Below, one piece after another: positions 35,997-49,789 of a stretch of DNA of 64,000 bases (position 1 is the stretch's first letter; every line of letters begins with the position of its first letter). The notes below the pieces were generated by a model. That model made no database searches and was not told the DNA's origin. It saw nothing but the letters and a program-made list of their open reading frames with translations. The DNA lies in the NCBI GenBank assembly GCA_030704615.1, contig CM060734.1, positions 56,110,001 to 56,174,000 of the forward strand, read 5' to 3'. The position numbers were made by a program, and so were the translations under genes. The DNA comes from Takakia lepidozioides. Its lineage: Eukaryota > Plantae > Bryophyta.

Positions 35997-37242
35997 GAGC
36001 CTGTCCTCATACCATCCTCCATGGACGAAGAATTTGCAGACATACTTCGCATTGTTGGTGACGACAAATACCTGGAGAAACATGTGTTGTCTTCTCTTCG
36101 AATCTGTAGGGGGCAGCTTGTTGATATTCTCGCCAAGAGTGTTGCAGGAATGTTGCACCTTGCGGCAGCAAAGAGCTTGCGTCCTGTAAATGACAACAAC
36201 AATATATCGCTGAAAAGGAAACGAGATTTCGTTGAGGCATGGCAAACGCGACCCAGAGTCTTACGCAAAACAGGGAAGAGGGTTGGTGCCCCCAACACTT
36301 GCAGTACACATATACTCCACAATCCGGAGGGTTGCAGACCGTATACTAGTTGTAAAGTAGAGTAAAATATGTAGGAAATGCTACACTATCATTCTCCCGA
36401 TGAAATAAAAATTCGGTAGTACGATTGCATGTGCACAAGACTTCCAACCTGTCTGCCAACCAGTCTGCTGAACGAGTCTTGTGGCGTCTGGACCAGTCTG
36501 CTCAACTAGTCTTCTGGCGTCTGAACCAGTTTGTTGTACCAGGCTTTTGCTCATCGGACGTCTTGTGGTCATAGGTTTATAATCACTCTGACTTGTCCAT
36601 CAGCAGGAAAACAAAGTATGCAGGGTGCGGAGTACACAGTCTCCTGAGCAGACCAGTCTCCTGGTTCTGAACTGGCCTGCACCCAGCTGACCAGTGACCC
36701 TCATGCGGTCTGCCCATCAGACTCGCCATTCTGAGTACGGTGGACCCTCACTTACTCTGCTTACCAGACTTGGTAGACTACTGGCCAATGCCATCCGCCT
36801 GTACTCTAACACTCCGGCAACTCTCGGCAGTCTGCTCACCAGTGCAGACTCATGGTTCCCAATCGCATCTGTCAGTCTGCTGGACTGGTCCCATTTCCTT
36901 AATCTGTCGGACTCTCGTCAGTCTGGCGACATTTCACCAGCCTAGGCATACCCTCTTCACGTACTCTGGCAGTCTGCTGACTCTAGGCTGTTTGCTGACC
37001 AGTGGACTCCCTTGGTATGTTAAACAAAATAATTGTGTTTGCTCGCACTATGCAGGGGTAAGTCCGCTTAACAACATGCAGTGAATTGGTTACAAGTCTA
37101 TAGCAAGTACTCCACATTGCACTCATCATCGACCAATAGGATGTGCAAAGTCATCTTTTATTTCGTTGCAAATGCTCAAAAGCATGCGTACATGACAAAT
37201 GCGTCCTATGGTGCATCTCTAATCTCGGGCCCAAACGGATAT

Positions 37243-38470
37243 CTATGAGGATACTGCTTTCTCAGCAGCGGCCAAACCATTCAAGATGTACTTAAGACAC
37301 TGCATCCGTTGGCCAAGTGCAAACTTGAACGTAAACCAGTTTTTTGTGAAAGGTACTCCTCTCTCTGCCCTTTTAGAAGAGGTTTGACTATGCCCAATTT
37401 GTAGCCATTCATAATATCCTTGGATGAATGACATGACATAAAACCCACATTCCCAACTGAATGGCTGTTGGGGCATTTCATGCTGGTTGAACTGAAATGT
37501 CCTAACCTCCTCCCAACCCGGTGAATCAACACTGTAGCCTAAACATTCTGCATGCAGCTTCCCTATCCATGACAAAACATATGGCAACCATGCAAAGACT
37601 CGATGAAGTTCATGTGAGTGTAGCAGCCTTTCCGCACGTCGATGACAACAACACTCCATTGCCCCCTGCAAGATGATTCTCATGAGTCTCATGGCAGCAC
37701 ACTCTCAGCCCATAGTCCTCTCAGCAGACCACTCCAGTTGACTCTCCAGCAGACTCCACAAACTCGCAGACTGAGTTTTGGTCCTAGTACACTCATCAAA
37801 CTCAGGACTCAGCAGACTCAGCACATTGAGCAGACTCGGAAGATTGAGCAGACTCAGCAGACTCAGGAGAGTGGGCAGACTGAGCATACTGTCCGAACTC
37901 AGAGAGGCCGATAAGAATGGTCTGACCTCATTCAAAAGACTGGGTAGACTTGCTGAGCAGACTGGGAGGACTACTCACAAAAGGCCGGTAAGAACGGACT
38001 TACCTCATTCAAAAGACTGGGCAGATTTGCCAGACTGAGCAGACTGAACGGACTCAACCACCAAGAGGCCGGTGTGAACGGACTGACGTCATTCAATTTA
38101 AGACTGGCCCGATAGAACAGATTGGGTATGCGAGATCTTACTCCTCCACAATCGGAATGATTATATGATGGCAGTCTTTTATGTCTTTGTTGAGCCGAGG
38201 GATGCTCTAGCAAGAATGCAGATTGTCCACTAGCCTTTCCCGTGGCCCGTCCCAATATATCATCATAAGAGACCATTTGAGGCTGGCAGAAGAGCAATAG
38301 TACTTGAGTACTTCTCCTCAACCGTCTTATCATAGAAACGACACCACAGCTCCAGCATTCTATCTGTGCACTCCGACTCCTCCGTCTCAAGTGGCTTCAA
38401 GTCCGGAGGCCCGATGGAGCACTCATACTGGGGGTCGCCTTCATAAAACTTAACCATGGCATGGCCGGCC
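37243..38470 (-). pseudogene. ULP1-like (peptidase C48) protease relic
   Basis: PDLKPLE...TDRMLELW; GQWSVVVID...FIESL (HW/DSL positions); MPQQPFSWECGFYVMSFI (Q..C catalytic motif). Frameshifted and intron-like. Confidence 0.7.
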
Positions 38471-41045
38471 GCCACATTTCGTCGCAGGGCCGCGGCAAAA
38501 TGAGAACCCAACCTGCACACAGACCACGATCTTGTGTGAAAACCCATGTACGCAACGGTCTGAGTGGACTGACTCCATTCACCAGACTGTCTAGACTGAG
38601 TGGACTGAGCAGACTCATAGACTCACCAGACCAAGGGGACTGAGCAGACTCACACTTCTGAGCAGACTGGAGTGACCAGACTCAGCAGACTGGGAGGATT
38701 ACTCACTAGTGCATTTGTCGCTGAAGAACCACTTCCTTGTCCGTATCCAATGCCATTTTGCTGTCCTTGTTCATGAAGACAACGGACTTGCCTTTCTTTG
38801 CAGGTTTCTTCGCAACAGGACCCTCACGACTTCCTGAGACTGCTCTACGACAGTCCGCTTCTTCGTTCTACTTGTGCCCTGGGATTCAGCGACTACTGTG
38901 GCCGGGTTCGATTTAGCAGACTGACGAAGTGATACAGTCCTGCTTCGCAGCACGATTGTGTTTGCATGTTTGTTCATACTTGGAGGACCTGTCTTGGCAG
39001 CCTCACGGGTCGCATGCGTTGAACTAATCCGTGCATCTGTTGGCGTTGTAAATAAGCCACCTTTCTGGTTGTGGAGCAAACATGAGCAGCATGGGCGGGT
39101 TGTAGAATTGCCTGGGAGCGAAACGGTGTCCCAAGGTCCATGGGGCAAACATCCTGTAGGTACAGCAGATCCTGTCAATACACGGAAATTGAACATAAAT
39201 ATGAAATCATAGAGGTGAAAGACGGCAGGGCACAACCTGTACGGCGTCATTGGAAGGAAGCGCATGGACAGACTGCTCCCCTGCTTGACCGCCCAAGTCC
39301 GGACCGCCTATAGCCAGGGGCACTGACAGACTCTGTGTGCATGGCATGTTGGCCCTCAGTCTGTCCAATGTCAGCGTCAGTCTGCTGCTCAGTCCGCTCG
39401 CCGCTTTGGTCAGTCTGCTGCTCAGTCCGCTCGCCGCTTTGGTCAGTCTGCTATCCAGTCTGGTGGACACTCTCGTGGGCGGGGGGAACGGCATGTTGGC
39501 CCTTAGTTTGTCCATGCTCAGTGTCCTTAGTGTCTACTTTTGCTACGCACCAGTTCATTGATTGGGGGGGGGGGGGGGGGGGATGTCGAAACAGTGATAT
39601 GAGAAGTGCGTCTGAACATCGTTCAGTTCAGGGAGACCAAGCACTATCAGAAGGAAGAGTGGAGGTAAGGAAAAGAATGGAAACCATGACTAGGCTTTAA
39701 ATTCTGAGCCTAGAATTGGAGATGTGTTTTGAAATTGGGGTCCCGAGCACGTCTGTGTCGCCAGTTGCAGTCCCTTTCATCACCCTTGTTGAACCGTCGG
39801 TCAGCTGGAAGTCCGTCTCTTCGGATATGAGTCCGTTAAGCTACTACCTTTTAATTATCCGCATTGTCGTGAGTCTGCTGAGCCGTTGGACTGCTGGTCT
39901 GTCGGTCTCTTCTGATATCAGTCAGCTAGACTATCACGAAGTCAATTTGCTGTAGCGCAAGTTTGTTTGCGCTTGGTCTGTTGAGCCGTCATTATGATCA
40001 CGTTTAAGTCTGCTAGACCTATTAATGCAATGACAGGCGGGAAGGGGCGCTAGTGATCTCGCGCCACGTCCGAACTCGGACAAAAAATGCGGTTTCCGGT
40101 TTAGCCTCTACTCTCGTATCATCCGGCCGCCTAGGGGATACTTTGTCTTTTGGATATTAGTCTGTTAGAAATCAGTCTGTTGTTGCGCAAATTACTCTGC
40201 GTCAGTCTCTTCGTCAGTCTATTAACCTTCCGTCTGTTGGACTGTCCGTGCAGTGGCATATGAGTCTGTTGTTGCGCAAGTTTGTTTGTAGTAGGTCTGT
40301 TCGGCCGTTTTGTTTAGGTGTAAGTCTGTTGGATGCAATAAATGCAGTGATGGCGGTAAGGAGACCCAGTCATGTTGTGCCACATCATCAATCTCCGCAC
40401 CAGACTCCGCAGTCTCTCCATCAGTTCGCTTAACCTTAGTCGTCAGTCTGTCCTTGCGGTGGCATATGAGTCTGTTGTTGAGGGTACTGGGTCTGCTCGG
40501 CTATCTTTGTCATCAAGAGTAAGTCTGCTAGACTTAATGAATGTGGCGACGGCAGACAGACGAGAGTCCCACTCATCCCATTTGCCTCAGTCTCTTCTTC
40601 AGTCTGTTGAACCTTCCGTCTGCTGGACTGTCCGTGCATACCGATAGCACGTGTGAGGGGTTTGCAACTATTTAATGCGATGGCGGCCAAAAAAGGGCGC
40701 CAGTGAAATGTTGCTACGTCACTCCGCGGCATGCGTCGGCATGCAGGGTTATACCTGTTCTCCACTTACCGCTGGACTTCATTCGCACTGTTTCGTTTTA
40801 AGCCCGTCCACCTTCCATTTGTGCGAGTCCGCGTTCCTTTGTGCATGTTAGCTTTTCGAGGCGCGGAGAGTCGCGTGAGCACCGAATCGTTGCCTCCGCA
40901 ACACGCCCGGTGAGCTTTCTTCTTTGTGCTTTGGTTTCTTTCCATTCTCTTTTCCGGTCTTCTCTACTTTCTTATTCTTAGTCGCTCCATATCGTAGTTT
41001 GTTTGTCGCGCAATGTCGCTGCATCTCTTGTCCGATTCTGCAGCC

Positions 41046-41687
41046 ATGGAGGATGCTTGTGAAAAGGGTGGAGCGGACTAGTTGCATTTCGTGCACAAGT
41101 CCAGGCTAAAGGAGCGAAGGTACTGGTACTCACCTGAGGAGTATGATGCGAAAATAGCCGAAGCATTCTTAGACCTCCGCACAATCAAGCTTGCAGACTC
41201 CAACTAGCAGAAGGATAAGCTCCACTGTCCCTTCTGTAATGAAATTATCAAGGACAAAGTGCAACTAAACCACCATTGTGTTGACACGGGTTGCAAAAAC
41301 AAGCGCCACATCCCACCTGGCTTCAAGCCGTGGCCAGTTCAAAGTTCAATGAGGGTGGTGAATGCGGCCACCGCTAGACTCCGCGGCGCAAACCCAAAGG
41401 CCCGCACTTTGGCGGAAGTGCGCGCACGGTATGGGGTGGGTTCTACTGTTTCAATGCAAGATGTGCATGACCTGACATCGCCATCGCCTGTGGCTCCCAG
41501 AAAAAAGAAACTTAGTGATGGGGCCCAGAAGAAGAGAAAAGGCTGCAAGGTCTGCTCGGGAGGCCAGGGCAAAATCTCAACAGCAGACTCGCCCCCAAGA
41601 CAGTCGGGAAGTGTCACGGGCTATGCCAGGGAGACGGTCTACGCAGTAGACGCAGACCATCAGTACACTACAACACACCCTATGTAA
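41046..41687 (+). pseudogene. Degenerate ORF with a C2H2/C2HC-like zinc finger
   Basis: Single frame with two stops: ...LHCPFCNEIIKDKVQLNHHCVDTGCKNKRH..., followed by basic NLS-like stretches. Confidence 0.4.
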
Positions 41688-42014
41688 TTTTGACGATTTA
41701 GTTTGACGCTGGCATTGACTGTTGTCACTTTCGACTGTTCCAACCATTTTGCAGTCAAAATTTATATTAAAATATTCGAGGTGCTAGACAACCGCGAAAA
41801 TTTTGACTGTAGTGAGAGACTTTGACTACCTAAAATGAGCTGACTGAGACAACCAGTTAAGCAATGGCACGTGTAATAACAATATATAAATTATATAGCA
41901 ATATATATGTGGATAATAAGAAGTAAAAATATTTAACTATTTTTTCACTGACCCAACACATTAATAATAAACTAATCGTGTGCTGGTTAAGGGTAGTGAA
42001 ACATAACAACTGAA

Positions 42015-42245
42015 ATATCTGAACGAATGATAAACAAATGCCTTGCTGTCAACTATTGGATGAACGTATGAAAGGTTAGTGAAACAAAACAAATGTTTAT
42101 CTGAACGAATGATAAACAAACACCTTGCTGGCAACTATTGGATGAACGTATCAAACATAATTTTTGTGCACTGGATGAACGTATGAATGAATGATAAAGC
42201 AAACGCCTTGCTGGCAACTACTGGATGAACGTATGAACGAATGAT
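42015..42245. repeat. Three-copy ~80-bp tandem repeat
   Basis: tgaa.gaatgataaa...ccttgctg.caacta.tggatgaacgtat occurs three times. Confidence 0.8.
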
Positions 42246-42606
42246 AATGCACTTGGCTCGAATTTAGGGTTGCTAAGTCGCAATGTGCAGGCTGGGACTT
42301 AGTGTTTTTGGGGTCTGCATCCAAAGCATCGTGATAGCATCATGAAAGCTAGTGAGCTGTAGTTTGGAAGTTGTGGGGCTTCTGGAGAGGAGCGGAGGAA
42401 TGAATACAATCGCAAGGCGGGCTTTGTGTTTAGGGTTTAGAGCTGGCATGAGCGGAAGTATAGTGGATGCACAACGAGTGTTTTTCGAAATGCCTGAACG
42501 CAATGTAGTCTCGTGGAATGCAATGATGGCAGGATTTTCTTAGCAAGGGCATGGGCCGACAGGTGCTGATTGCTCTGTGTGTCGGAGCACAAACCGCTGC
42601 CTTGGA

Positions 42607-43280
42607 GCACGGAGCAGAGCTGGCATGAGTTGTTTACAGATCCTTCCAGATAGTGGGACAACCGCAATCGCAAGGTGTGGCTTTTTCTTAATGTATGATG
42701 TGAAGAAGTTTGTCAATCCTGCAAATGTGGGCTCTTGGCTCCTGTTAGTACCACCATTTGGTATTCTTCCTCATGTTTACATGGTTCTTGGGAGAGTCAG
42801 CTTGGTCTTAGCAGGCCTTGTTTCAATCTCTGCCCGCTCAGCTGCACCGTGGTGGTTCTCACGGACCAATCCGACATTACCTAGCAGCACACACAAGAGA
42901 TCCTCTTGGGTTCATGGTCAGACATGTTTTGCCCTCTCCTCAGACTCGGCCTTGAATTTGCAGCACGGAGCAGAGCTGGCATGAGTTTTTTTGAAGATTC
43001 TTCACGATGGTGCGACAACCGCAATCGCAAGGTGTGGCTTTTTCTTAATGTACGATGTGAAGGAGTTTCTCCATCCTACAAATGTGGGCTCTTGGCTCCT
43101 GTTAGTACCACGATTTGGATTTCTTCCTGATGTTTACAAGGTTCTTGGGAGAGTCAGCTTGGTCTTAGCATGTCGTCTTTTAATCTCTGCCGGCTCAGCT
43201 GCACCGTGGTGGTTCTCACAGACCAATCTGACAGTACCTGACTACAGACACAAGCAGCACACACAAGAGGTTCTTTGGGT
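42607..43280. repeat. ~356-bp tandem duplication
   Basis: gcacggagcagagctggcatgagtt at 42607 and 42963, with collinear downstream sequence. Confidence 0.85.
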
Positions 43281-44399
43281 TGATGGTTGGTCAAATCCTC
43301 CATGGGTCATGACACAAGGTCAAGGTGGACAATGTGGTGAGGGCACCTTCTTCTTGAACCTATTTCTGCCTGTTTTACGCCCTCATCAGACTTGGCCCTG
43401 AGATGCATATTGAATTCTGTAAGTTAGCTTGTTGGGTGGATCTGTGGTGGTTAGAAGTGACTTTGACAAGTTACTACCGATGTGGCGGCAGGAAAGTATC
43501 CAAAAACAAATAACATAGATGAGGAGAAGCTCGTTGGTGGATCTATGGTGGTTTTTGGAGTGATTTTGACATGTTACTGTAGTTAGGGTTAGGGCTTCAG
43601 TGTCAGCTGCTTCAGCTGCTAGCTGCACAAGGCTGAGGATGTATTCACGATTTGTACAAAGCCATGGATAGGTGAAAGAGTGCAGGGATAGATTGTGGGT
43701 CCAGATTCATCCAAGAGTCCCGGATTTCAAGCTCCAGATTACCGATGATTCCCTGTGAAGTATAGCTACAAGAAACAGATGGTCAACTGGAAGCCGCAGC
43801 AGCGGCGGCACAATGGATAAAATCAGGCACTGCTAATCAAGGCACCTTCTTCAACACATTTCCACCTGTTTTTCCTCCTTATCAGAATCTGCCCTAAATT
43901 TCCATGTTGAATTCTGCAAGTTAGCTGGTTGAGTGAATCTAGTTTGGAGTGACTTTGACATGATACTGCCAATTTCAGAACGGGAAAGTATCGAAAAACA
44001 GGTAACAGAGATGAGGAGAAGCTGTGGAATGAATACTTTTCGAACACCAGTCAATGATGGTATAACTGAGGCTAAAAGGTGAATGCCTGTTAGATTACAG
44101 AGAGTAGCAGACACAAGTCAGCATAGGAACTAGTGTGATAAGCTGAGTTGTGTTTTTCTTAGAACAATCTAGGCTATCATTGTCAGCTGCTAGCAGCAGG
44201 CAATGATGAATGCATGATTTGTGCATAGGCTAGGATAGCTGAAGGAGCAGGCGTAGAGTGTGGGTATAGATGCATCTAAGAAGGCCAGATTTCAAGCACA
44301 AGATTACCTATGATTCCCTGTGGATCAATAGCTACAAGAAACCTGCATGGGTATATGGTCAACTAAAGGCAGCAGCTGCAGCGGCACAGTTGATAAAAT

Positions 44400-45526
44400 C
44401 AGGCACCTCAACCATGACCACAACTTCTGGAACTAGAGGATCAAGAGAGGGAGTCCACAATGCGTCTTCTGGCACTTCTGGGCCTGTGAAGATGCTTTGT
44501 GAGGCAGGTAGACTGAAAGAGGCTCTAGGCCTGGAAGCTGGAAGCAGGTGCACACTCACATTATCCAAAGTGGATTCACACCAAATGTTTTTCTCCTCAA
44601 CACCCTTGTCAACATGTATGTTAAGTGCAGAAGCATCATGGATGTTCACTTGGAAGTGTTCAACAGAATGCCTCAACGATATTTGATCACGTGGAATATA
44701 TTGTTGGTAGATTTACCAAGGATGGGTGTGGTAGGAATGCATTGGAGACCTATTCATGAGCAACTGCTGCGCGAAGGGTGAAGCCCAACCACATCACGTT
44801 TGTTTGTGTTTGCAATGCGTGTGCAAGGCTGGGAGCTCTGGAAAAGGTGAAAGAGTCCATGGTGACATCGTCTAAGCTGGATTTGTACCAGATGTCATTT
44901 TGAACACTGCCCTGGTGGACATATATGCCAAATGTGGGAGCATCGAAGGTGCAAAGGGAGTGTTCAAAAACATGGCTAAACGAAATGTGGTGTTGTGGAG
45001 TGCGATGCTTGCAGGGTATGCACAACAAAGGACGTGGGATGGAGGCTTTGGAGACATATGAGCAAATGATGTGCGAAGGAGTGAAGCCCGACCACATCAC
45101 GTTTGTGTGCATTTGCAGTGCGTGTGCAAGCCTTGCAACCCTGGAAAAGGGCAAAGAGGTGCATGGCGACATCGTCAAAGCTGGAATTGTACCACATGTG
45201 ATCCTCAACACTGCGAGAACACTGCCCTGGTGGACATGTATGCAAAATGTGGGAGTATCAAGGATGCAAAGGGAGTGTTCGATAGTATGTCTGAACAAGA
45301 TGTGGTGTCGTGGAACGCGATGATTGCAGGGTATGCACAACAGGGGCGCGGGCTGGAGGCTTTGGAGACGTATGAGCAAATGATGTGCGAAGGGGTGAAG
45401 CCCGACCACATCACGTTTGTGTGCGTTTACAATGCGTGTGCAAGCCTGGCAGCCCTGGAAAAGGGCAAAGAGGTGCATGGTGACATGTTGAATTCTGCAA
45501 ATACTAGGCAAAGAGATGCACGTTGA
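44400..45526 (+). pseudogene. PLS-class PPR gene fragments (inverted paralog of 14.7-15.6 kb)
   Basis: GFTPNVFLLNTLVNMYVKC, ALVDMYAKCGS, DVVSWNAMIAGYAQQG, GVKPDHITFVCV; frameshifts. Confidence 0.88.
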
Positions 45527-48299
45527 ATTCTTTTGAGACAAATTATGTTCATTTATTCTTCTATTGGATTGTTGGTTGCAGTCTTTGTTGCCATCTGTCA
45601 AGATCTTCATAATTGGGATTCTGTTCTTCTCTGTACATCAACATTTAACATTGAGACTGGAACAGAAAGCTCATTGTTCTGCTACTATGCGCTCATACCG
45701 GTTTGGCATGGCCACTCCTTTGTAGAGCTCTAAAGAAAGCTGGACTTTTTATTTGTAAGCATGTTATTCAGACTAGTACGCTAATAAAGAAATCTTGGAA
45801 GACAATTAGTTAGGAGTAGATTCCGTAGGTCACACGATGTGCCATGGGCATATGTCTGAGTTTCTGAGGCCGTGGGTCATCCATGAGGATTAATTGGACA
45901 AGCAGTGGCGGGGCATTTTGGACCTTCGTGGTTGCCAGGGCAACAGAATGTGCGCTTTCGAGAACTTCATTCGCTTCTGCCATAGTAAATTCCATGGAAT
46001 AATGAAAAGGAACAAATGGCCACCGGCCGTCCGTGACAATGCGATGGAGCTCATTATACCAAACCACATTGGCATTGACTTCCCCAACCCTCAGTCGGTC
46101 AAGTGTCAAGTCTACAGCTTCGGGATCAATGAGCGGCAATGGCGAGCGCCAAACTCCAAAAAGTCCCGTGGTGGTCGTGACAATGGGAGATTGCTGGCTT
46201 GGAGTCCGTTGGACAACACTGTGGTGGATGGGCGTCTTCTGGGTGGCAGTCTGCTGGCTGGGAGTCTCCTGAATAGCAGTATAGTGCCTCGGAGTCTCCG
46301 GAATAGCAGTCTGCTGGCTAGGAGTCCGCAAAACAGGTGGATGGGAGTATGTTGGACGAGAGTTTGCTAGATGGGAGTGTGCTGGACAAGACTGTTCTGA
46401 CAGTGAGTCTGCTGGCCAAGACTGTGCTGGATGGGAGTCTGCTGGGAAAGAGTCTGGTGGGCAAGAGTCTGCTGGATGCCAGATTGGGTGGACCCTGTGT
46501 CCATCGAGTCTGCAGTCAGTATGGTGTTGACCGGAGAATTGGCGCGTGCTTTGTCTGTAGAGCCCAGTGCTGCTATGGCGTCTGCTGAGCCAGGATACTT
46601 GAACAATATGTACTCCCGTACCCGTTCCACTTCCCGGCGCACCGCATTCACTGCTAAAGGAGGGTCGGAGCTCACCGTCCGCCAAACATACATGGCCTCC
46701 CGAATACTGGCTCGTTTATTCTGGTATAGGACAGAAAACCCAAAAACTCAGCATCAGACTCACGACAACAGACTCACCAACATTGTGGCACAGAACAAAT
46801 GAACCAGCGGACTCCAGCAGACTCAACGGCAAGAGACACATGCGCACGTACAGTAGACTGAACCAGCAGACTCTATGACAACAAACACCTGCGCACCTAC
46901 AGTGGACTGCAAGAGGGGACTGTAACACTGGACTCAGGAAGCAAGACGAGCAAACTCATGGGACTGACCAGCAAGTCCACAAGCAGATTGATGCAGCAGA
47001 CCGAGTAGGTAGACTACCAACTGTGGGGACAGACTGGGCATTACCTCTTCCTCCTCGTCGACACAGACGTCCTCCTCATCTTCAAGGGAGCTCAACCAAT
47101 TTTCCTCCGCTGCTCGGATGGTTCTGCTGAGCTGTCCGGACTGGGCGAAACTGTAGAAAGAACGGAAGAACTCTGGATCGTCCACTGGTGGGCACACCGA
47201 TGGGAGAAGCCCAAAAGGTATCAGGCGCAATGTGCCAGGACAGACTCCACTGCTAGTCTCTTTCGACTGGACTTCGTCCACATGGACCCTCGACTGGTCA
47301 GGCAAGACAATGTCAACGGGAGATGAAACCCCTCCTAGACCTGCGAATTCATCATTCCGGATGATGTCTACAGACGGCTCAACAGACTGACTCTCATTTG
47401 AACTACCACTACAATACAAGCTGGGTTTTTCGACTCTGGATTTGACTCATTTTCGAGTTGTTTGCGACATTTTTACTCCAAGCCTCCATAGTCGAACATG
47501 TGTGACAAAGGTCAAGTCGTTTCAGTCAAGCAGTCAAATCCAGATGCCAGGTTCTGATAGTGAAATGTGATAGTAAAACCTAGGGGGTGACGTGTAGGCA
47601 TCACAGTACGACGTGGATGCATGATGTGTAGTAAAGTGGTTTAACTGAAGTGGAACATATTGACTATATTCCTATATTCCATGATGTTTAGTATGCGGTT
47701 TGACTGTAAATCAGTGATAGTGAGTTTGCTTAACTTTGTATAGTGTATATTCTACTGTGAATCAGAAAAAAAAGGACACATTTTAGTAAATATGTTTCAC
47801 GGGATGTATATATATACACATAAATATAAAAATACATACATACATATATATAGAGAGAGAGAAATTGGGGAGGCCTTTTGTTTGATATCTGTTTTTTTAG
47901 TTTTTATTTATTACTGTTTTTTAGTTTTTTCTAATTTACTTTTTGTTTATTTATTTTATTTTATGTGAATTATGTATTTAAATTTTTTGATTCGTTGCAC
48001 TGCATTGAAAATACATTACAAATACTACAAAACATAGAATACAAATACATGGCAGGAACCAAAAACATTTGGATGGCTCAAAACTGGTTTATATCAAGAG
48101 TGTTTTATAAAACAAGTTTGGTCAGATTCTACAGATGACCAACATGAGGGCCATGTTGCCATATCCATAGATCACTGCCCAAGTGAAGTCATTGAGTAAA
48201 GAAAATCTGCTGTGCAGCTAGGTCCAACACTATTGTGGACATGTCAAGAGAAAATCAGAAATCATTTCGAGAATGAATTCAGGAACTTGTAGTTCCAGA

Positions 48300-48850
48300 G
48301 AATGGTGGTGCCAGCTACCATGTCACCCAAAGTGACATCCACTTCCAGGGCTGCCTTGACATACATATCCACCAAGGCAGTGTTTAGAGTGACATCTAGT
48401 GATACAACTCCAGCTTTGACGATGTCACCATGGACCTTTGTGCCCTTTTTAGGGATGCCAGGCTCACATTTGACGTAGATGTACACCAAGGGAATGTTCA
48501 GAATGACATCTGGTACAATTCCAGCTTTGATAATGTCACCATGAACCTCTTTGCCCCTCCCCAGGGCTGCTAGGTTCGCATATGCATATTACAAACACAA
48601 ATGAACATGACCTAGTCTGGCTTCATCCCTTCCCACATCATTTGCTCTTAGGTTTCCAAAGCCTTAATCCCATACCCATCATAATGCACATACCTTGCAA
48701 TCATGGCACTCCAAAATACCACATCTCGTTCAGCCATATTGTCGAACTCTCCCTTCGCATCAGGCTTGCTGCACCCACATTTGGCATACATGTCCACTAG
48801 GGCAGAGTTCAAAATGACAACTGGTACAATTTCCACTTTAACGATTGGCA
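48300..48850 (-). pseudogene. PLS-class PPR fragments
   Basis: ALVDMYAKCG, ERDVVFWSAMIA, VHGDIVKAG. Confidence 0.8.
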
Positions 48851-49789
48851 TAAGCAAGGGAAGGACGTGCAGCAGAGCTGCTGCTCTCTTCCATTGCCAA
48901 AAAAAAAACAAAAGAAAAAAAAAAGGAGGGGCTGAGAGAGCCGCCATGGCTGTGAAGTACCAGTAGTTAACCTTGGACAAAGACATAGAGATTGATTGTT
49001 TTATGTGGTTAGGCACATTCACTCCAAATGACTCTCCTACAACTCGTGGAGCTGGAAGAACCTCTTCTGCCACTGCTATTCTCTGCAAAGTAGGAAACCA
49101 GAGGAACTTGTTTAGACCAGTCCCAAACTGACCTTTGGGGTGCGGGGAAAGCACTTGTTTGGAATTATTGAAGAGTACTTTGATCGCATTGCTAATTCCT
49201 TCCTTCACCATCGATGGATGCAGTTTGGCAATTTCCGTTCATACAGTAAATTGGTAAATGAGCTGCAAAATTTGAGGAAGTATTTGTTTCATTCAGATTC
49301 AGATGCGGGTAAGAAGAGTGTTGTGGATGAGGCGTTGCAATGGTTTGCTGCGCTAATGGAGCGAGCAGTGTTCAACATTGTCTTGAACAGACCGGATGTG
49401 TTCAAAGTCCTCTGGTGCGGCTCCCCATTTGAATACCGCATGCCAGCGATTCGCCATCTCGATGGAGCATGCTTGGAACGCAAATCAAAGATATTGGTCT
49501 CATTGGCAACCTCCTAGAAGGTAATGTCGGCTTCTTCTGGACCGTTGTGAAGTTCATGGTCTTTTCTTCCACCATGCTGTCAGACTCACTTTGTCCAACT
49601 CATCTGTTTCAGGAATGTCCGATTTAGACGAGCACTTGCAGTCTGCTTTCGATTCCCTTGCCAGAGGTGCACGAGATGTTGTGCTAGCGTTACAGGGACT
49701 CCATGAGACCGTTCAGCAGACTGCTGAAGACGCCATTGCTAAGCAAATTGACCCACTGCAACAAAAAGAGCATGAACAAACTGTCCACA

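Larger units (their letters stand above)
22120..36365 (+). pseudogene. Mutator-like transposase with SWIM zinc finger, spliced and interrupted by nested insertions
   Basis: IPWDRVDEF, YQCCYGPDD, KHGCQYCF, DAESVRMW, IQTEWQ, ACDATFGTNH (D), FPLYTLMVFDE, FIVDD (D), LCLWYVRRAW, QDTNASIEAYH (E), CTCPW...LCKH. The frame resumes after the CACTA (28246) and after the gypsy element (36002, ...SLKRKRDFVE). Confidence 0.88.

Noticed and set aside
42577-43401. Two similar 135-aa ORFs as a tandem gene pair
   Set aside because: They arise from a 356-bp duplication, lack ATG starts and show no known motif.
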